The notes below the pieces were generated by a model. That model ran no database searches, was not told the origin of the DNA, and saw nothing but the letters and a program-made list of their open reading frames with translations. Of a stretch of DNA of 40,474 bases, positions 28,018 to 36,121 are shown in pieces. The DNA is from a virus. Its lineage: Duplodnaviria > Caudoviricetes. The position numbers and the translations under genes are program-made. The stretch's first letter is position 1, and every line of letters starts with the position of its first letter. The DNA is taken from positions 1 to 40,474 of the IMG/VR virus record IMGVR_UViG_3300006127_000031. One strand, given 5' to 3'.

Positions 28018-28380
28018 CTAGATGAACTCACAGACAAATCCATCTGGCTCTACTTCTGCTAGGGGTTGCAACATCACAGCAGGGTAGGCAATTGAGCCTT
28101 CGTACTCCAACTGGCTCTTCTCGAAGGATGTCATAAATGAATCCTCCACTACACCGTAGCCTACAATGTACTGGCGACTGCCAACATCATCCCACTCAAT
28201 GCGGGTACGGAGAGCATGTAAGAGCTCTTCAACGTGCTCGGCGCTAGGCTCTTGGGCACCTAACTGGTAGAAGTAGTCTTCACCGCCTTTGAACTTCCAG
28301 TGCTGGGGGCACTCACCCTCGCCATCCCAATCGTGGGCACCATAGTTTTCCATGTATTGCGTAACGATATGTAGTTTCAT
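28018..28380 (-). CDS. hypothetical early protein (ENYGAHDWDG.GECPQ.WKFKGG motif)
   Basis: Own promoter; motif recalled from T4-like phage hypothetical proteins. Confidence 0.8.
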   Translation of the reverse strand: MKLHIVTQYMENYGAHDWDGEGECPQHWKFKGGEDYFYQLGAQEPSAEHVEELLHALRTRIEWDDVGSRQYIVGYGVVEDSFMTSFEKSQLEYEGSIAYPAVMLQPLAEVEPDGFVCEFI

Positions 28381-28423
28381 CTAGTAGCTCGCTTTCTTAG
28401 TGTATACAAGTATTATAGCAGAT

Positions 28424-28552
28424 TTATTTGGTTTTGTCAACCTCTGCGTTGTAGGCCTTAATAAACTCTTCTACAGAGCCAAAGACTTCTACGGCTGTTT
28501 CTTCAACGATAACGCGGTACTCTTCTAAGAACTGTTTTACTGGAATTGCCAT
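28424..28552 (-). CDS. small early protein (42 aa, MAIPVKQFLEEY...)
   Basis: Not in the track; promoter and AGGAG SD upstream. Confidence 0.7.
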   Translation of the reverse strand: MAIPVKQFLEEYRVIVEETAVEVFGSVEEFIKAYNAEVDKTK

Positions 28553-28757
28553 TTTGTGCTCCTGTTTTGCTAGTGTATGTGTACATTATAGCACAGGTTT
28601 TACCGTTTGTCAACCGGTTTACGAACTAAATCCCAGTCGGTGAAAGGTTGTGGCTTTTTTACAACACAATAAGGGAACACCCCGTATCTCACGATAGGGG
28701 GTGTTTTGCTACGTTGCCTAGGGGACACTACCCCGCCTAGGACTTTGGAGCGACTGA

Positions 28758-29027
28758 TTAGAGTGTGATGCCCATTGCTTTGGCTTTGTAACCTAAAGCA
28801 ACGATTTCACGTGATGGGCGACCAATCTCGTATTCTGTTACAGTAACACCATTACCAGCTACACGAGAGTTCGCATAGATAGCATAGCCAGCTTGACGAA
28901 GGCGTGATGCTTCGGCAGCTAAGTTGCCAATACCAAATTTCTTAGCTTGAGCAACAGTCAGTTTCTTACCAGCTTGGAACAATTGGAATGCCTTGCCAGT
29001 TTTAGTTTCTAAGTTAATACGTTTCAT
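28758..29027 (-). CDS. winged helix-turn-helix DNA-binding protein (89 aa)
   Basis: LT..QA.KFGIGNLAAEASRLR.AGY.I followed by a beta-wing. Confidence 0.7.
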   Translation of the reverse strand: MKRINLETKTGKAFQLFQAGKKLTVAQAKKFGIGNLAAEASRLRQAGYAIYANSRVAGNGVTVTEYEIGRPSREIVALGYKAKAMGITL

Positions 29028-29086
29028 TTAAATTTTCCTTTCGGTTTAAGTGATGTGCGTTCACATCGTACAACTATTATAACACC

Positions 29087-29479
29087 TTATGCCAGCCCTA
29101 GTCTAGCCTTTTGGACTTTTTCCTCACGTGCCTTTTCCCAACTGCGTTCTAGATTGGAATTACCAGTAGCATCCATGAGCATGCGTCCCAGGTTATCCAG
29201 AAGGGGAATGCCTACTGCTACTTCTTCTGATCGTTCCCACCAGAAGTAATCGATCTTGGAGTAGAAGCTGTTAGGACCCTGCTGTTTCATGCCAGTGTCT
29301 CTGAGCTGTATGGTTCGGATCCATTTGGTATACAGGCGATCAGCCGTGATGCTCCAGTAGTCTCGGGCCCACTTGCTCCGGGCTTCTGCTAGAGCGGCTC
29401 GGGCTTGATCTAGTCGGACTCCCAGGTGCTCGATCTCCCAACCAGCATCGCGCCAGTCTTTGATCGCCCCAATGGGCAT
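29087..29479 (-). CDS. hypothetical protein (130 aa)
   Basis: ORF in an operon; start set at MPIGAIK. Confidence 0.7.
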   Translation of the reverse strand: MPIGAIKDWRDAGWEIEHLGVRLDQARAALAEARSKWARDYWSITADRLYTKWIRTIQLRDTGMKQQGPNSFYSKIDYFWWERSEEVAVGIPLLDNLGRMLMDATGNSNLERSWEKAREEKVQKARLGLA

Positions 29480-29489
29480 GTACTCAGTA

Positions 29490-29696
29490 TTAGTCTTTTT
29501 TCTTGATGGAAACATTGGCACGGAAGAAGGCTCCTAAAACGATAACAGCAAACCAAGTGGGTAAGTTATAAGGTACAGCTAGGCTGGGAAACAGGGTATT
29601 GAACGCCCAGATCGTCAGCAACGGACCAACAAGGACGACAACTACTACAACGCCTACAACGCCTATGAGTCCTACTACGGTTAATAAAGTCTTCAT
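29490..29696 (-). CDS. small membrane protein (68 aa)
   Basis: Two hydrophobic segments; SD GGAG. Confidence 0.75.
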   Translation of the reverse strand: MKTLLTVVGLIGVVGVVVVVVLVGPLLTIWAFNTLFPSLAVPYNLPTWFAVIVLGAFFRANVSIKKKD

Positions 29697-29759
29697 ACTA
29701 TCTCCAAAGTGTTAGTGAGGGCTCTCTCGTTGGCCCTCGCCACGTTACTACCAACGTCC

Positions 29760-30161
29760 TTAGAAAGGAGCGTCTTCTGGATACTTCTCAGCAAACTGCT
29801 TCATCAAGCTAGCGTTTGCTTCTTTTACAGACATCACTGGCTCAGCTTCTGCTTTCTTGGCTGTAGCCTTAGGCTTCATAACGCCTTTTGCGGCGGGCTT
29901 GCTCTTGGCAACTGCTTTTGTTACACCGCGCTTGTCTGCGGCTGCCTCTAATGCTGCCTGTACGTCCTTGTTACCATCTGCAAAGTTGATAGACAACAAG
30001 TAGGCAACTGCATCTTCCTTGCTCATTGGAACCTTCAACTCTACGATGTCGATATCCTTGTGTCCGTTCTTGGCTAGTACTTTGACACGCAATGCATCAT
30101 TACAAAAACGTACCTTGAACTCACCATTTAAACGTGAAACACCTGCATGTGAATAAAACAT
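29760..30161 (-). CDS. hypothetical protein with a K/A-rich linker and C-terminal EDAPF
   Basis: Own promoter and AAGGAG SD. Confidence 0.8.
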   Translation of the reverse strand: MFYSHAGVSRLNGEFKVRFCNDALRVKVLAKNGHKDIDIVELKVPMSKEDAVAYLLSINFADGNKDVQAALEAAADKRGVTKAVAKSKPAAKGVMKPKATAKKAEAEPVMSVKEANASLMKQFAEKYPEDAPF

Positions 30162-30206
30162 ATAAAACTCCTTCTGTGTGTAATTAATATTATACTACCA
30201 AACTGC

Positions 30207-30365
30207 TCAAAAGTCAACCAATTTCTGGTTTAACCAATCAATGATATCTGCGGGCTTCTCTTGCTTCTGCGACGCATCATCGATCCAATCCCCTTCGTCC
30301 GACTCTAAGCTGTCTGCCCAATCCTCGTAGTCGGGGTCCTCGTAGACCACAGCGAAGCGGCTCAT
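30207..30365 (-). CDS. small acidic protein (52 aa)
   Basis: Not in the track; ATGA-coupled. Confidence 0.6.
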   Translation of the reverse strand: MSRFAVVYEDPDYEDWADSLESDEGDWIDDASQKQEKPADIIDWLNQKLVDF

Positions 30366-30490
30366 TTGCTCAACTCCACTGACTGCGTCTTCACAGTCTC
30401 TACGCCCTTGTCCAACATCTTAGCGATACCGGTAAAACCAACAGTCGCCAGCACTAGACCAAAGATAGTTCCAAAGATAAAACCCTTCAT
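30362..30490 (-). CDS. small membrane protein (42 aa, MKGFIFGTIFGLVL...)
   Basis: Not in the track; ATGA-coupled with GGAGG SD. Confidence 0.65.
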   Translation of the reverse strand: MKGFIFGTIFGLVLATVGFTGIAKMLDKGVETVKTQSVELSK

Positions 30491-30948
30491 GCTACCTCCT
30501 TCTCTTTACAAAAGTCCTCGGCCTTAGCCAGGATACCGTCAAAAATAACTTCGTTAGTGTCGCTCATAGTAAGGCCAAACATGTTGCACCCTTTGTTGAC
30601 AACCTTAACGCGGAATGTCGGACCGTTAGCATAGATGTGATACTCGTAGTCCTGTCCACAGTCCTTAGTATCAGTAGGGTACAGATAAAACTGCCCTGCT
30701 TCGTTGCCTTTGAAATTGCTGACCAGCTGTGCGGCCAAACAGCCCATGCCGTTAGCTGTACGAGCCTTAGACTCGCCGCCTAGGCCGTTAACCAGTTTAA
30801 ACTGCTTGAGGAATTCAACAAGCTCTGCACCGTGTCCTTCTGGATAGCCGTCGTACTGGCGATAGAGATTAATGATTGGACGATGTACTGCGCGACCGTT
30901 ACGTGCTTTGTACGTGTCGTATACGAATGTTAATGATCTAGTTCCCAT
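30487..30948 (-). CDS. hypothetical early protein (MGTRS...YDGYP..HG motif)
   Basis: Promoter and SD; motif common in large-phage early proteins. Confidence 0.85.
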   Translation of the reverse strand: MGTRSLTFVYDTYKARNGRAVHRPIINLYRQYDGYPEGHGAELVEFLKQFKLVNGLGGESKARTANGMGCLAAQLVSNFKGNEAGQFYLYPTDTKDCGQDYEYHIYANGPTFRVKVVNKGCNMFGLTMSDTNEVIFDGILAKAEDFCKEKEVA

Positions 30949-31007
30949 TTGTCGCTCTCCTTAGTATGTGTATATTATAGCACAGGTTTTACCAAATGTC
31001 AACCACT

Positions 31008-31337
31008 TTATTCCGTTTCGCACTCGCCATCGTGCTCCATTAAGCACTCAATAGCATCAGCGATACGGCTACATTCTGCGGAGTAAAACTTATAGTCACC
31101 GATCGTTTTAACAAGATCCTTATCAACATACTCAAAGCCACCATAGTAGTCAAAACGGTTGCTGGCGTAGCATACGATCCAGTCCTCATCAACCCAAGCC
31201 ATGCCACAACGAGGGTCTAGGCCCAACTGGCTAGCTTCAACCTTGCGCATACCCTGGATATGGCGCTCAACAACATGCTCCACATCATCCATCAAGTCTG
31301 CTACACAATCAAATTCTGTATCAGTAAAGTAACCCAT
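31008..31337 (-). CDS. acidic hypothetical early protein (109 aa)
   Basis: SD AAGGAGCG before the ATG at 31337. Confidence 0.8.
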   Translation of the reverse strand: MGYFTDTEFDCVADLMDDVEHVVERHIQGMRKVEASQLGLDPRCGMAWVDEDWIVCYASNRFDYYGGFEYVDKDLVKTIGDYKFYSAECSRIADAIECLMEHDGECETE

Positions 31338-31411
31338 AATTCGCTCCTTTTGTTTAAGTGTACGTGTAGTATAACACAAAGAGGGGCCGTTGTCAACCCC
31401 CCCTGTTGTTT

Positions 31412-31789
31412 TTATTCCATACTCGCCATGCCGTCGTCTTGCATACCCTGCTCTGTAAAGTACACTTCAAAGCCTAGTAGCTCGCTAACAGTAGCTTCAA
31501 AGCCGCTGTCTGTGTACAGTCTCCACGTGTCTTCTAGTGCTTCTACGTCGTCAAAGCCGTTTACTGTGTAGTATACATTAATGCTTCTGTAGCTGTCGTA
31601 GTCGCCACCTGCTACTCCCTCTGTAACGCAAATTGTCGTAATGCGTACATCGTCTGTGTCTGTAAGCGCACAGTCCCAAATGCTGTCGCCAGCAATGTCT
31701 GCACGTACATCGCATGTGTAAGTCGTAGTAACAAAGTCCTCGTCTGTCTCAACGCTTGTTTGTGTTAGTTGTTTGCTTATTGTCTGCAT
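31412..31789 (-). CDS. acidic hypothetical protein (125 aa)
   Basis: SD AAGGAGCG; C-terminal 'YTDSGF...FTEQGMQ' motif. Confidence 0.8.
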   Translation of the reverse strand: MQTISKQLTQTSVETDEDFVTTTYTCDVRADIAGDSIWDCALTDTDDVRITTICVTEGVAGGDYDSYRSINVYYTVNGFDDVEALEDTWRLYTDSGFEATVSELLGFEVYFTEQGMQDDGMASME

Positions 31790-31798
31790 GTTCGCTCC

Positions 31799-31990
31799 TT
31801 ATTCAGTTATTTGCATTTCAATCAAATTGTCCGCATAGTCCTCTAGTGTACTTTCTAAGTCCTCTAGCGCACAATGCACTTCGTAGCAGTTGTCGCTAGC
31901 CCCTAGTGCCGCTTGTACAATAGCGTCTGCTTCGTTTAGTAGTTTAATTGCTTTGCGTAGTTCAAACGCTTTTGCGTAATTGCTTGTCAT
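31799..31990 (-). CDS. hypothetical early protein (63 aa)
   Basis: Promoter and SD. Confidence 0.8.
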   Translation of the reverse strand: MTSNYAKAFELRKAIKLLNEADAIVQAALGASDNCYEVHCALEDLESTLEDYADNLIEMQITE

Positions 31991-32026
31991 CTTTGCTCCT
32001 TTTAGTGTATGTGTAGTATAACATCT

Positions 32027-32254
32027 TTAAGCCCAGTTGTCAATATATTCTACAACATATTCCTCCAAGCTAATGCACTCCGCCCAATCGTGTTCGTACA
32101 CCTCGTTCTCGTCAAAGCACTCACAGCAACGCATTACACGCATTTCGCCTGTTTCATCTTTAAGCACAGCGTCAAACAGTTCGTTGCCGTCCATTTCTTC
32201 GTTCCAACTAATTTGTTTTAGTAGTGTAACTTTTTTCTTAGTCCAGTTTACCAT
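32027..32254 (-). CDS. acidic hypothetical protein (75 aa)
   Basis: TAATG-coupled with GGAGG SD. Confidence 0.75.
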   Translation of the reverse strand: MVNWTKKKVTLLKQISWNEEMDGNELFDAVLKDETGEMRVMRCCECFDENEVYEHDWAECISLEEYVVEYIDNWA

Positions 32255-32454
32255 TACACTACCTCCAATGTATTAAAATCGTGTTTAGTAAACACTTCCA
32301 TGTCGCACAGTATACACTCGTCTAACAAGCGCACTTCGCCTGTTTTAGTGTCCTCAATGTAATAGTTCATCGCAGTATGTCCGTTATAGCTAGTATTTTC
32401 TCCAGCTTCGTTTACATACAGTTCCTGTGCTACAACTTTAAAACGTTTTTGCAT
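32254..32454 (-). CDS. hypothetical early protein (66 aa, MQKRFKVV...)
   Basis: SD AAGGAG; start corrected from the track. Confidence 0.75.
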   Translation of the reverse strand: MQKRFKVVAQELYVNEAGENTSYNGHTAMNYYIEDTKTGEVRLLDECILCDMEVFTKHDFNTLEVV

Positions 32455-32510
32455 ACATGCTCCTTTTAGTGTACGTGTAGTATAACACACGTTTTCCAAA
32501 ATGTCAAGCA

Positions 32511-32723
32511 CTATTTTACAATTAATCCTACTGCGTAAATCGCCAGCAATGCACCATTAATCACAATCAAATTCGCTTCACGTATACGTACAGCCCACAG
32601 CAAGTACAGTGCCGCCCCAACAGCAAATAATAGTCTATTGTACGCAAGTACTTCAAAACTAGTAAGTAATGCCGCTGTTAACGTTACTGCGCAAGCTGTC
32701 CATTTTAAAATATTATTCAACAT
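32511..32723 (-). CDS. small multi-pass membrane protein (70 aa)
   Basis: Hydrophobic; promoter and SD. Confidence 0.75.
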   Translation of the reverse strand: MLNNILKWTACAVTLTAALLTSFEVLAYNRLLFAVGAALYLLWAVRIREANLIVINGALLAIYAVGLIVK

Positions 32724-32776
32724 ATGGACCTACTCCTCTCACTATAACACAAGTATAACACAGGTTTTACCAAATG

Positions 32777-33298
32777 TCAAGCTCTTTTATAAAATACGTG
32801 CTGTCCAATCTGTTGTATTCGAGCCACACTCTTGGCCCAGACTGGGGGCTTGATGTAGTCCGCATGATACAGGGTGCTGTCCTCTAATCCCGATACCCTA
32901 TAGCCCTTGGCTAGGACAGCATGAGCAACCTCACGGCTTTCTGCCCACAGCTGACCTTTAGGAGTCTCCGTGCGTTTCTTCGTGTAAAGAGTCCACGAGA
33001 ACTGCGCCGGGGCATATACCACCTTACATATCGTCTTGCCATAGCGACCCTCACGCAACCGGTTGATAGTTACCTGGGCCACAGCGAACTTTCCCAGTTT
33101 GGATTCTACGCCAGCCTCATGATAGATGTTACGGGCTAGGCAGTCTTCATCAGCAGGTGTATACTTGATCATATGGTTGGTCTTGATGATGTAGGCTTTG
33201 ATGTCCTGCACATCCTCATGGACCGTGGCGATCTCCATCTGCATAAAGCCTAGGGCGGCTGCCACCACCGCCACTAGGACCCACATTGACTTATTCAC
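32777..33298 (-). CDS. cell wall hydrolase, SleB/Hydrolase_2 family, with N-terminal membrane anchor
   Basis: CLARNIYHEAG.E, AVAQVTINR, VVY...QFSW, YHADY..P.W, IG.H.FY; start at GTG 33298 or ATG 33286. Confidence 0.9.
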   Translation of the reverse strand: MNKSMWVLVAVVAAALGFMQMEIATVHEDVQDIKAYIIKTNHMIKYTPADEDCLARNIYHEAGVESKLGKFAVAQVTINRLREGRYGKTICKVVYAPAQFSWTLYTKKRTETPKGQLWAESREVAHAVLAKGYRVSGLEDSTLYHADYIKPPVWAKSVARIQQIGQHVFYKRA

Positions 33299-33917
33299 TC
33301 TTGGCCTTTTCTTCTGCACCTTCTTTAACCCAGAGGTATAGATCTTCATCCTGCTCGTTCTCTGCTTCATACTCAGCCATACCTTCAGAGATACAGAACA
33401 TATCATCTAACACTGCGGGCAGGGTATCTGCAACCTCTGTTGAATTACGGCAGTCGCTCAAGTCATAGAAGTCATCGTAGCCATCTTCCCAAACACCAGC
33501 GAAGCACATACCACCTTCATAATAGTAGGCACGCACTGAGAATCCTAAGTCACACATCTTACCATAGAACTCCAAGGGCGGGCTCCATGCTGAATCAAAG
33601 CTCATAGCCAAGCGTCCATCTTCTAGGACATCAGCAGTCATACCATCACCACCTACATCCCACTTGGTGCCCCACTCGTTGACACAGTAGTCATACCAAT
33701 TGCCGTAGCCGTGTTCTGCAACATTGCGAGCAGTATCTTCTTCCAACTTCTTCTGCTCTGCTTCGTCTGAAACACAACCAGCAACGATATGCAAGCTCGC
33801 AGGCACAGGAACGAACTCCTCGCACAAGCGACCATCGTTGAAAGCCACTCGGGCTCTCTCGATCATTGCTGGGTCTTCGTGTTGCAATTCTAATGTGTTA
33901 TTGCACCAATTAGGCAT
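33291..33917 (-). CDS. DUF1281/YubB-like ferredoxin-fold protein
   Basis: MPNWC.N.L, WY.Y...WGTKWD, F.SAWSPP, Y.E.G..F.G motifs. Confidence 0.8.
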   Translation of the reverse strand: MPNWCNNTLELQHEDPAMIERARVAFNDGRLCEEFVPVPASLHIVAGCVSDEAEQKKLEEDTARNVAEHGYGNWYDYCVNEWGTKWDVGGDGMTADVLEDGRLAMSFDSAWSPPLEFYGKMCDLGFSVRAYYYEGGMCFAGVWEDGYDDFYDLSDCRNSTEVADTLPAVLDDMFCISEGMAEYEAENEQDEDLYLWVKEGAEEKAKSE

Positions 33918-34089
33918 TCTCTTCTCCTAGGTTAATTACTTGGGTTGTTTGATATTCGTAACTCTTGGCCAAAGGATTAACGTCTCCCAAAGACAGGGCA
34001 AAGATCTCCTCTGCCTCGTCTTGATACTCTGCTTCTACCACACCTTCGTAGTAGACTTCTTCATAGGCTGTGACCTTGAACTTAGGCAT
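33910..34089 (-). CDS. small hypothetical protein (59 aa, MPKFKVTAYEE...)
   Basis: Not in the track; TAATG-coupled with GGAGG SD. Confidence 0.7.
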   Translation of the reverse strand: MPKFKVTAYEEVYYEGVVEAEYQDEAEEIFALSLGDVNPLAKSYEYQTTQVINLGEENA

Positions 34090-34352
34090 TAGGCCTCCGA
34101 AAACTCGTAGAACTTGACATCTGGGTCAACCTTCTTCAACTGCGCCGCCGCTGTGGTCAATTTCTTGTATTTGAGTTGAACAACGCTACGGCTCAACTCA
34201 CCATCACAAGTCAAGTTCTCAGGGCTCAAGTCACCGTCAATCATGTCTGCGATACGCTGACGATCTGCGGCGATTGCCAAGCTCAAAGGTGCCTTACCGA
34301 AGATGGCATTGAAACGGTTACGCTGTTCTACATAGTCTGTTAGTGCTGACAT
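34089..34352 (-). CDS. hypothetical early protein (LSPENLTCDGE motif)
   Basis: Promoter and GAGGAGCG SD. Confidence 0.85.
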   Translation of the reverse strand: MSALTDYVEQRNRFNAIFGKAPLSLAIAADRQRIADMIDGDLSPENLTCDGELSRSVVQLKYKKLTTAAAQLKKVDPDVKFYEFSEA

Positions 34353-34414
34353 ATTCGCTCCTCTTATCTAACTAAAACATTAGTATAGCATCAAATGGTA
34401 AAACCGTCAACCCC

Positions 34415-34651
34415 TTAATAGTCTGCTATGGGCTGTTCGTCTGTATCCAAGTCTACAAACACCTTATTAAAAACATCCTCGCCGAATCTGTTGTCAAAAT
34501 ACAACACCTCATAGCAGAACTGCTTGCCGTTAGTGATACCTAAGAACTTGGTTTCTTTGATCGTATCAGTATGCCCGTTCTTGGCCAGAGCCCGCATGAT
34601 AGCCGCAGGGTCTAGGGATCTCAGCTTGTCGATCTTATAGTAGGTAATCAA
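34415..34651 (-). CDS. hypothetical protein (78 aa)
   Basis: ATGA-coupled operon member. Confidence 0.75.
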   Translation of the reverse strand: MITYYKIDKLRSLDPAAIMRALAKNGHTDTIKETKFLGITNGKQFCYEVLYFDNRFGEDVFNKVFVDLDTDEQPIADY

Positions 34652-34857
34652 TCGTATGCCTCCTCACCTAGCTCTAGGACTTCTTCAAACACAACCTCGA
34701 CGTCTGTGATACGCATAGTCTGCTCTGCATCACTAACACCTTCGAACGCATCTCTGAAGCTTTGGTTCTCAGCTAGGAAGTTGAATACATCCTGCTTGTC
34801 AGTGCCCTCTGGCACTTCAATCCACTGTATGATTGTGGTCTCTACTTTGGCTTTCAT
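34648..34857 (-). CDS. acidic hypothetical protein (69 aa)
   Basis: ATGA-coupled with AAGGAG SD. Confidence 0.75.
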   Translation of the reverse strand: MKAKVETTIIQWIEVPEGTDKQDVFNFLAENQSFRDAFEGVSDAEQTMRITDVEVVFEEVLELGEEAYD

Positions 34858-35036
34858 ATCTTCAACTCCTTAAAGGTTCTGTATCGTGTGCTGAACTTGA
34901 TAGGCTTGCTGAACATCCTAGGCTCATTACGGCTGGCAGTTATCATAGCATACAGCATATCTTTGGCATCATTGACATAGTAGATATGGTTGGGCACTGA
35001 GCCCTCCCATACCGTTGTTTCTTGTAGTATCTTCAT
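34854..35036 (-). CDS. hypothetical protein (60 aa, MKILQETTVW...PNHIY)
   Basis: TAATG-coupled; start corrected from the track. Confidence 0.75.
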   Translation of the reverse strand: MKILQETTVWEGSVPNHIYYVNDAKDMLYAMITASRNEPRMFSKPIKFSTRYRTFKELKI

Positions 35037-35245
35037 TAGAAGTGTGGGTCCAAATGTTCGTGACGGCCTTTGCTCATCCAGCAATACTTGTTACCAGTCA
35101 TTCTGTAATGATCGCCGATCTTAGTGAACTTGTAACCGTTGTCTACGAAGATGAACTTCTTTGTGATGCGAACGATCTTGCCCGCATAATAAGAGTCACA
35201 GTTGATACCGTAACTCACATCATCTCCTACATTATATTCTACCAT
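35036..35245 (-). CDS. small SH3-like hypothetical protein (69 aa, ends DPHF)
   Basis: Promoter and AAGGAG SD. Confidence 0.8.
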   Translation of the reverse strand: MVEYNVGDDVSYGINCDSYYAGKIVRITKKFIFVDNGYKFTKIGDHYRMTGNKYCWMSKGRHEHLDPHF

Positions 35246-35563
35246 ATCACTCTCCTTTTGTTTCAGTGTAAGTGTATTATAGCACAGGTTTTACCAAATG
35301 TCAACCACGGACCGTTGTAAAAGTGCCACAGGGTTAATAAGTCTCAGTGGCTTCGACTCGCAGGTTTCGTAGAGGGTTTATATAGCGGCGGACTTACAGT
35401 CTGCTCTACAGGATGGCATCACCCTACCCGCTAATCCGTTACAAAAAACTCCCCGGGTCGTAACCCTCTTGCGTGGCCCAGTGCCGTTATACGGGAGGAA
35501 CCTTGGCGTCATAGTCCGGCGCCCGGGGATAAAGTTGGGAGGGCACTACCCCTCCCGGAGCAA

Positions 35564-35884
35564 TTAGTCTAGTCTACTGCAACCGTAGGCCTTCAAGCCC
35601 AAGCTCTCTAAGTAAGCCGCATAGGCATAGGCGCCCGCTTCTTTGACTGAGATGCTTTGGGTTGGAACACCTGCTGGGTCCCAATAGGTTAGGCATTTTG
35701 GTTTGTAGTCCTTGCGGAAGCCTGCCTTGATCAACTCCTGGGCCTGCTTGCTGTTGGTACGGTCCACATACACTTCTACCCAACCAAACCCGCAAGCGTC
35801 ACGCTCGCCTACTTGTTGATACATGGCTTGGGCGGCGCCTTTAGCTAGTTCCAAACCTGCTGTGATGAATTCTGCTGTTACCAT
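35564..35884 (-). CDS. hypothetical early protein (CGFGWV...QS...KEAGA.AYA..L...G motif)
   Basis: Promoter and SD; recurrent phage motif. Confidence 0.85.
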   Translation of the reverse strand: MVTAEFITAGLELAKGAAQAMYQQVGERDACGFGWVEVYVDRTNSKQAQELIKAGFRKDYKPKCLTYWDPAGVPTQSISVKEAGAYAYAAYLESLGLKAYGCSRLD

Positions 35885-35944
35885 AGTTCGCTCCTTAAGT
35901 GTTTAAGTGTATAGTATAACATCAAAGGTAAAACCAGTCAACCT

Positions 35945-36121
35945 CTTTGTTGCGCTAAAGCAACATGGTGATCTTCGGGCTATCGCTCCTTAGCAGACAG
36001 ATCACTGCCGTTCGCTAGTGCAAGGTGACCCTAGCTAGCTCTAGGGATAAAAGACCCGGGTGGGCGAGTTCCGGACGGGCTCCTGCTTCCCGAATGAATT
36101 AATGCCCAAAATCTCATTATG
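35945..36121 (-). ncRNA. candidate structured small RNA (about 175 nt)
   Basis: Dedicated boxed promoter at 36127-36155; no SD-ORF pair; several hairpins. Confidence 0.55.

Noticed and set aside
27742-32511. Track starts at 28014, 31379 and 32511 (also 38104 on +)
   Set aside because: They begin inside promoter boxes; SD-supported ATGs lie downstream, or there is none for 38104
35355-35432. tRNA-Tyr (GAGCAGACTGTAAGTCCGCC on minus resembles a Tyr anticodon arm) or hammerhead (stem followed by GAAAC)
   Set aside because: No T-arm, D-arm or CCA; the CUGANGA core is missing
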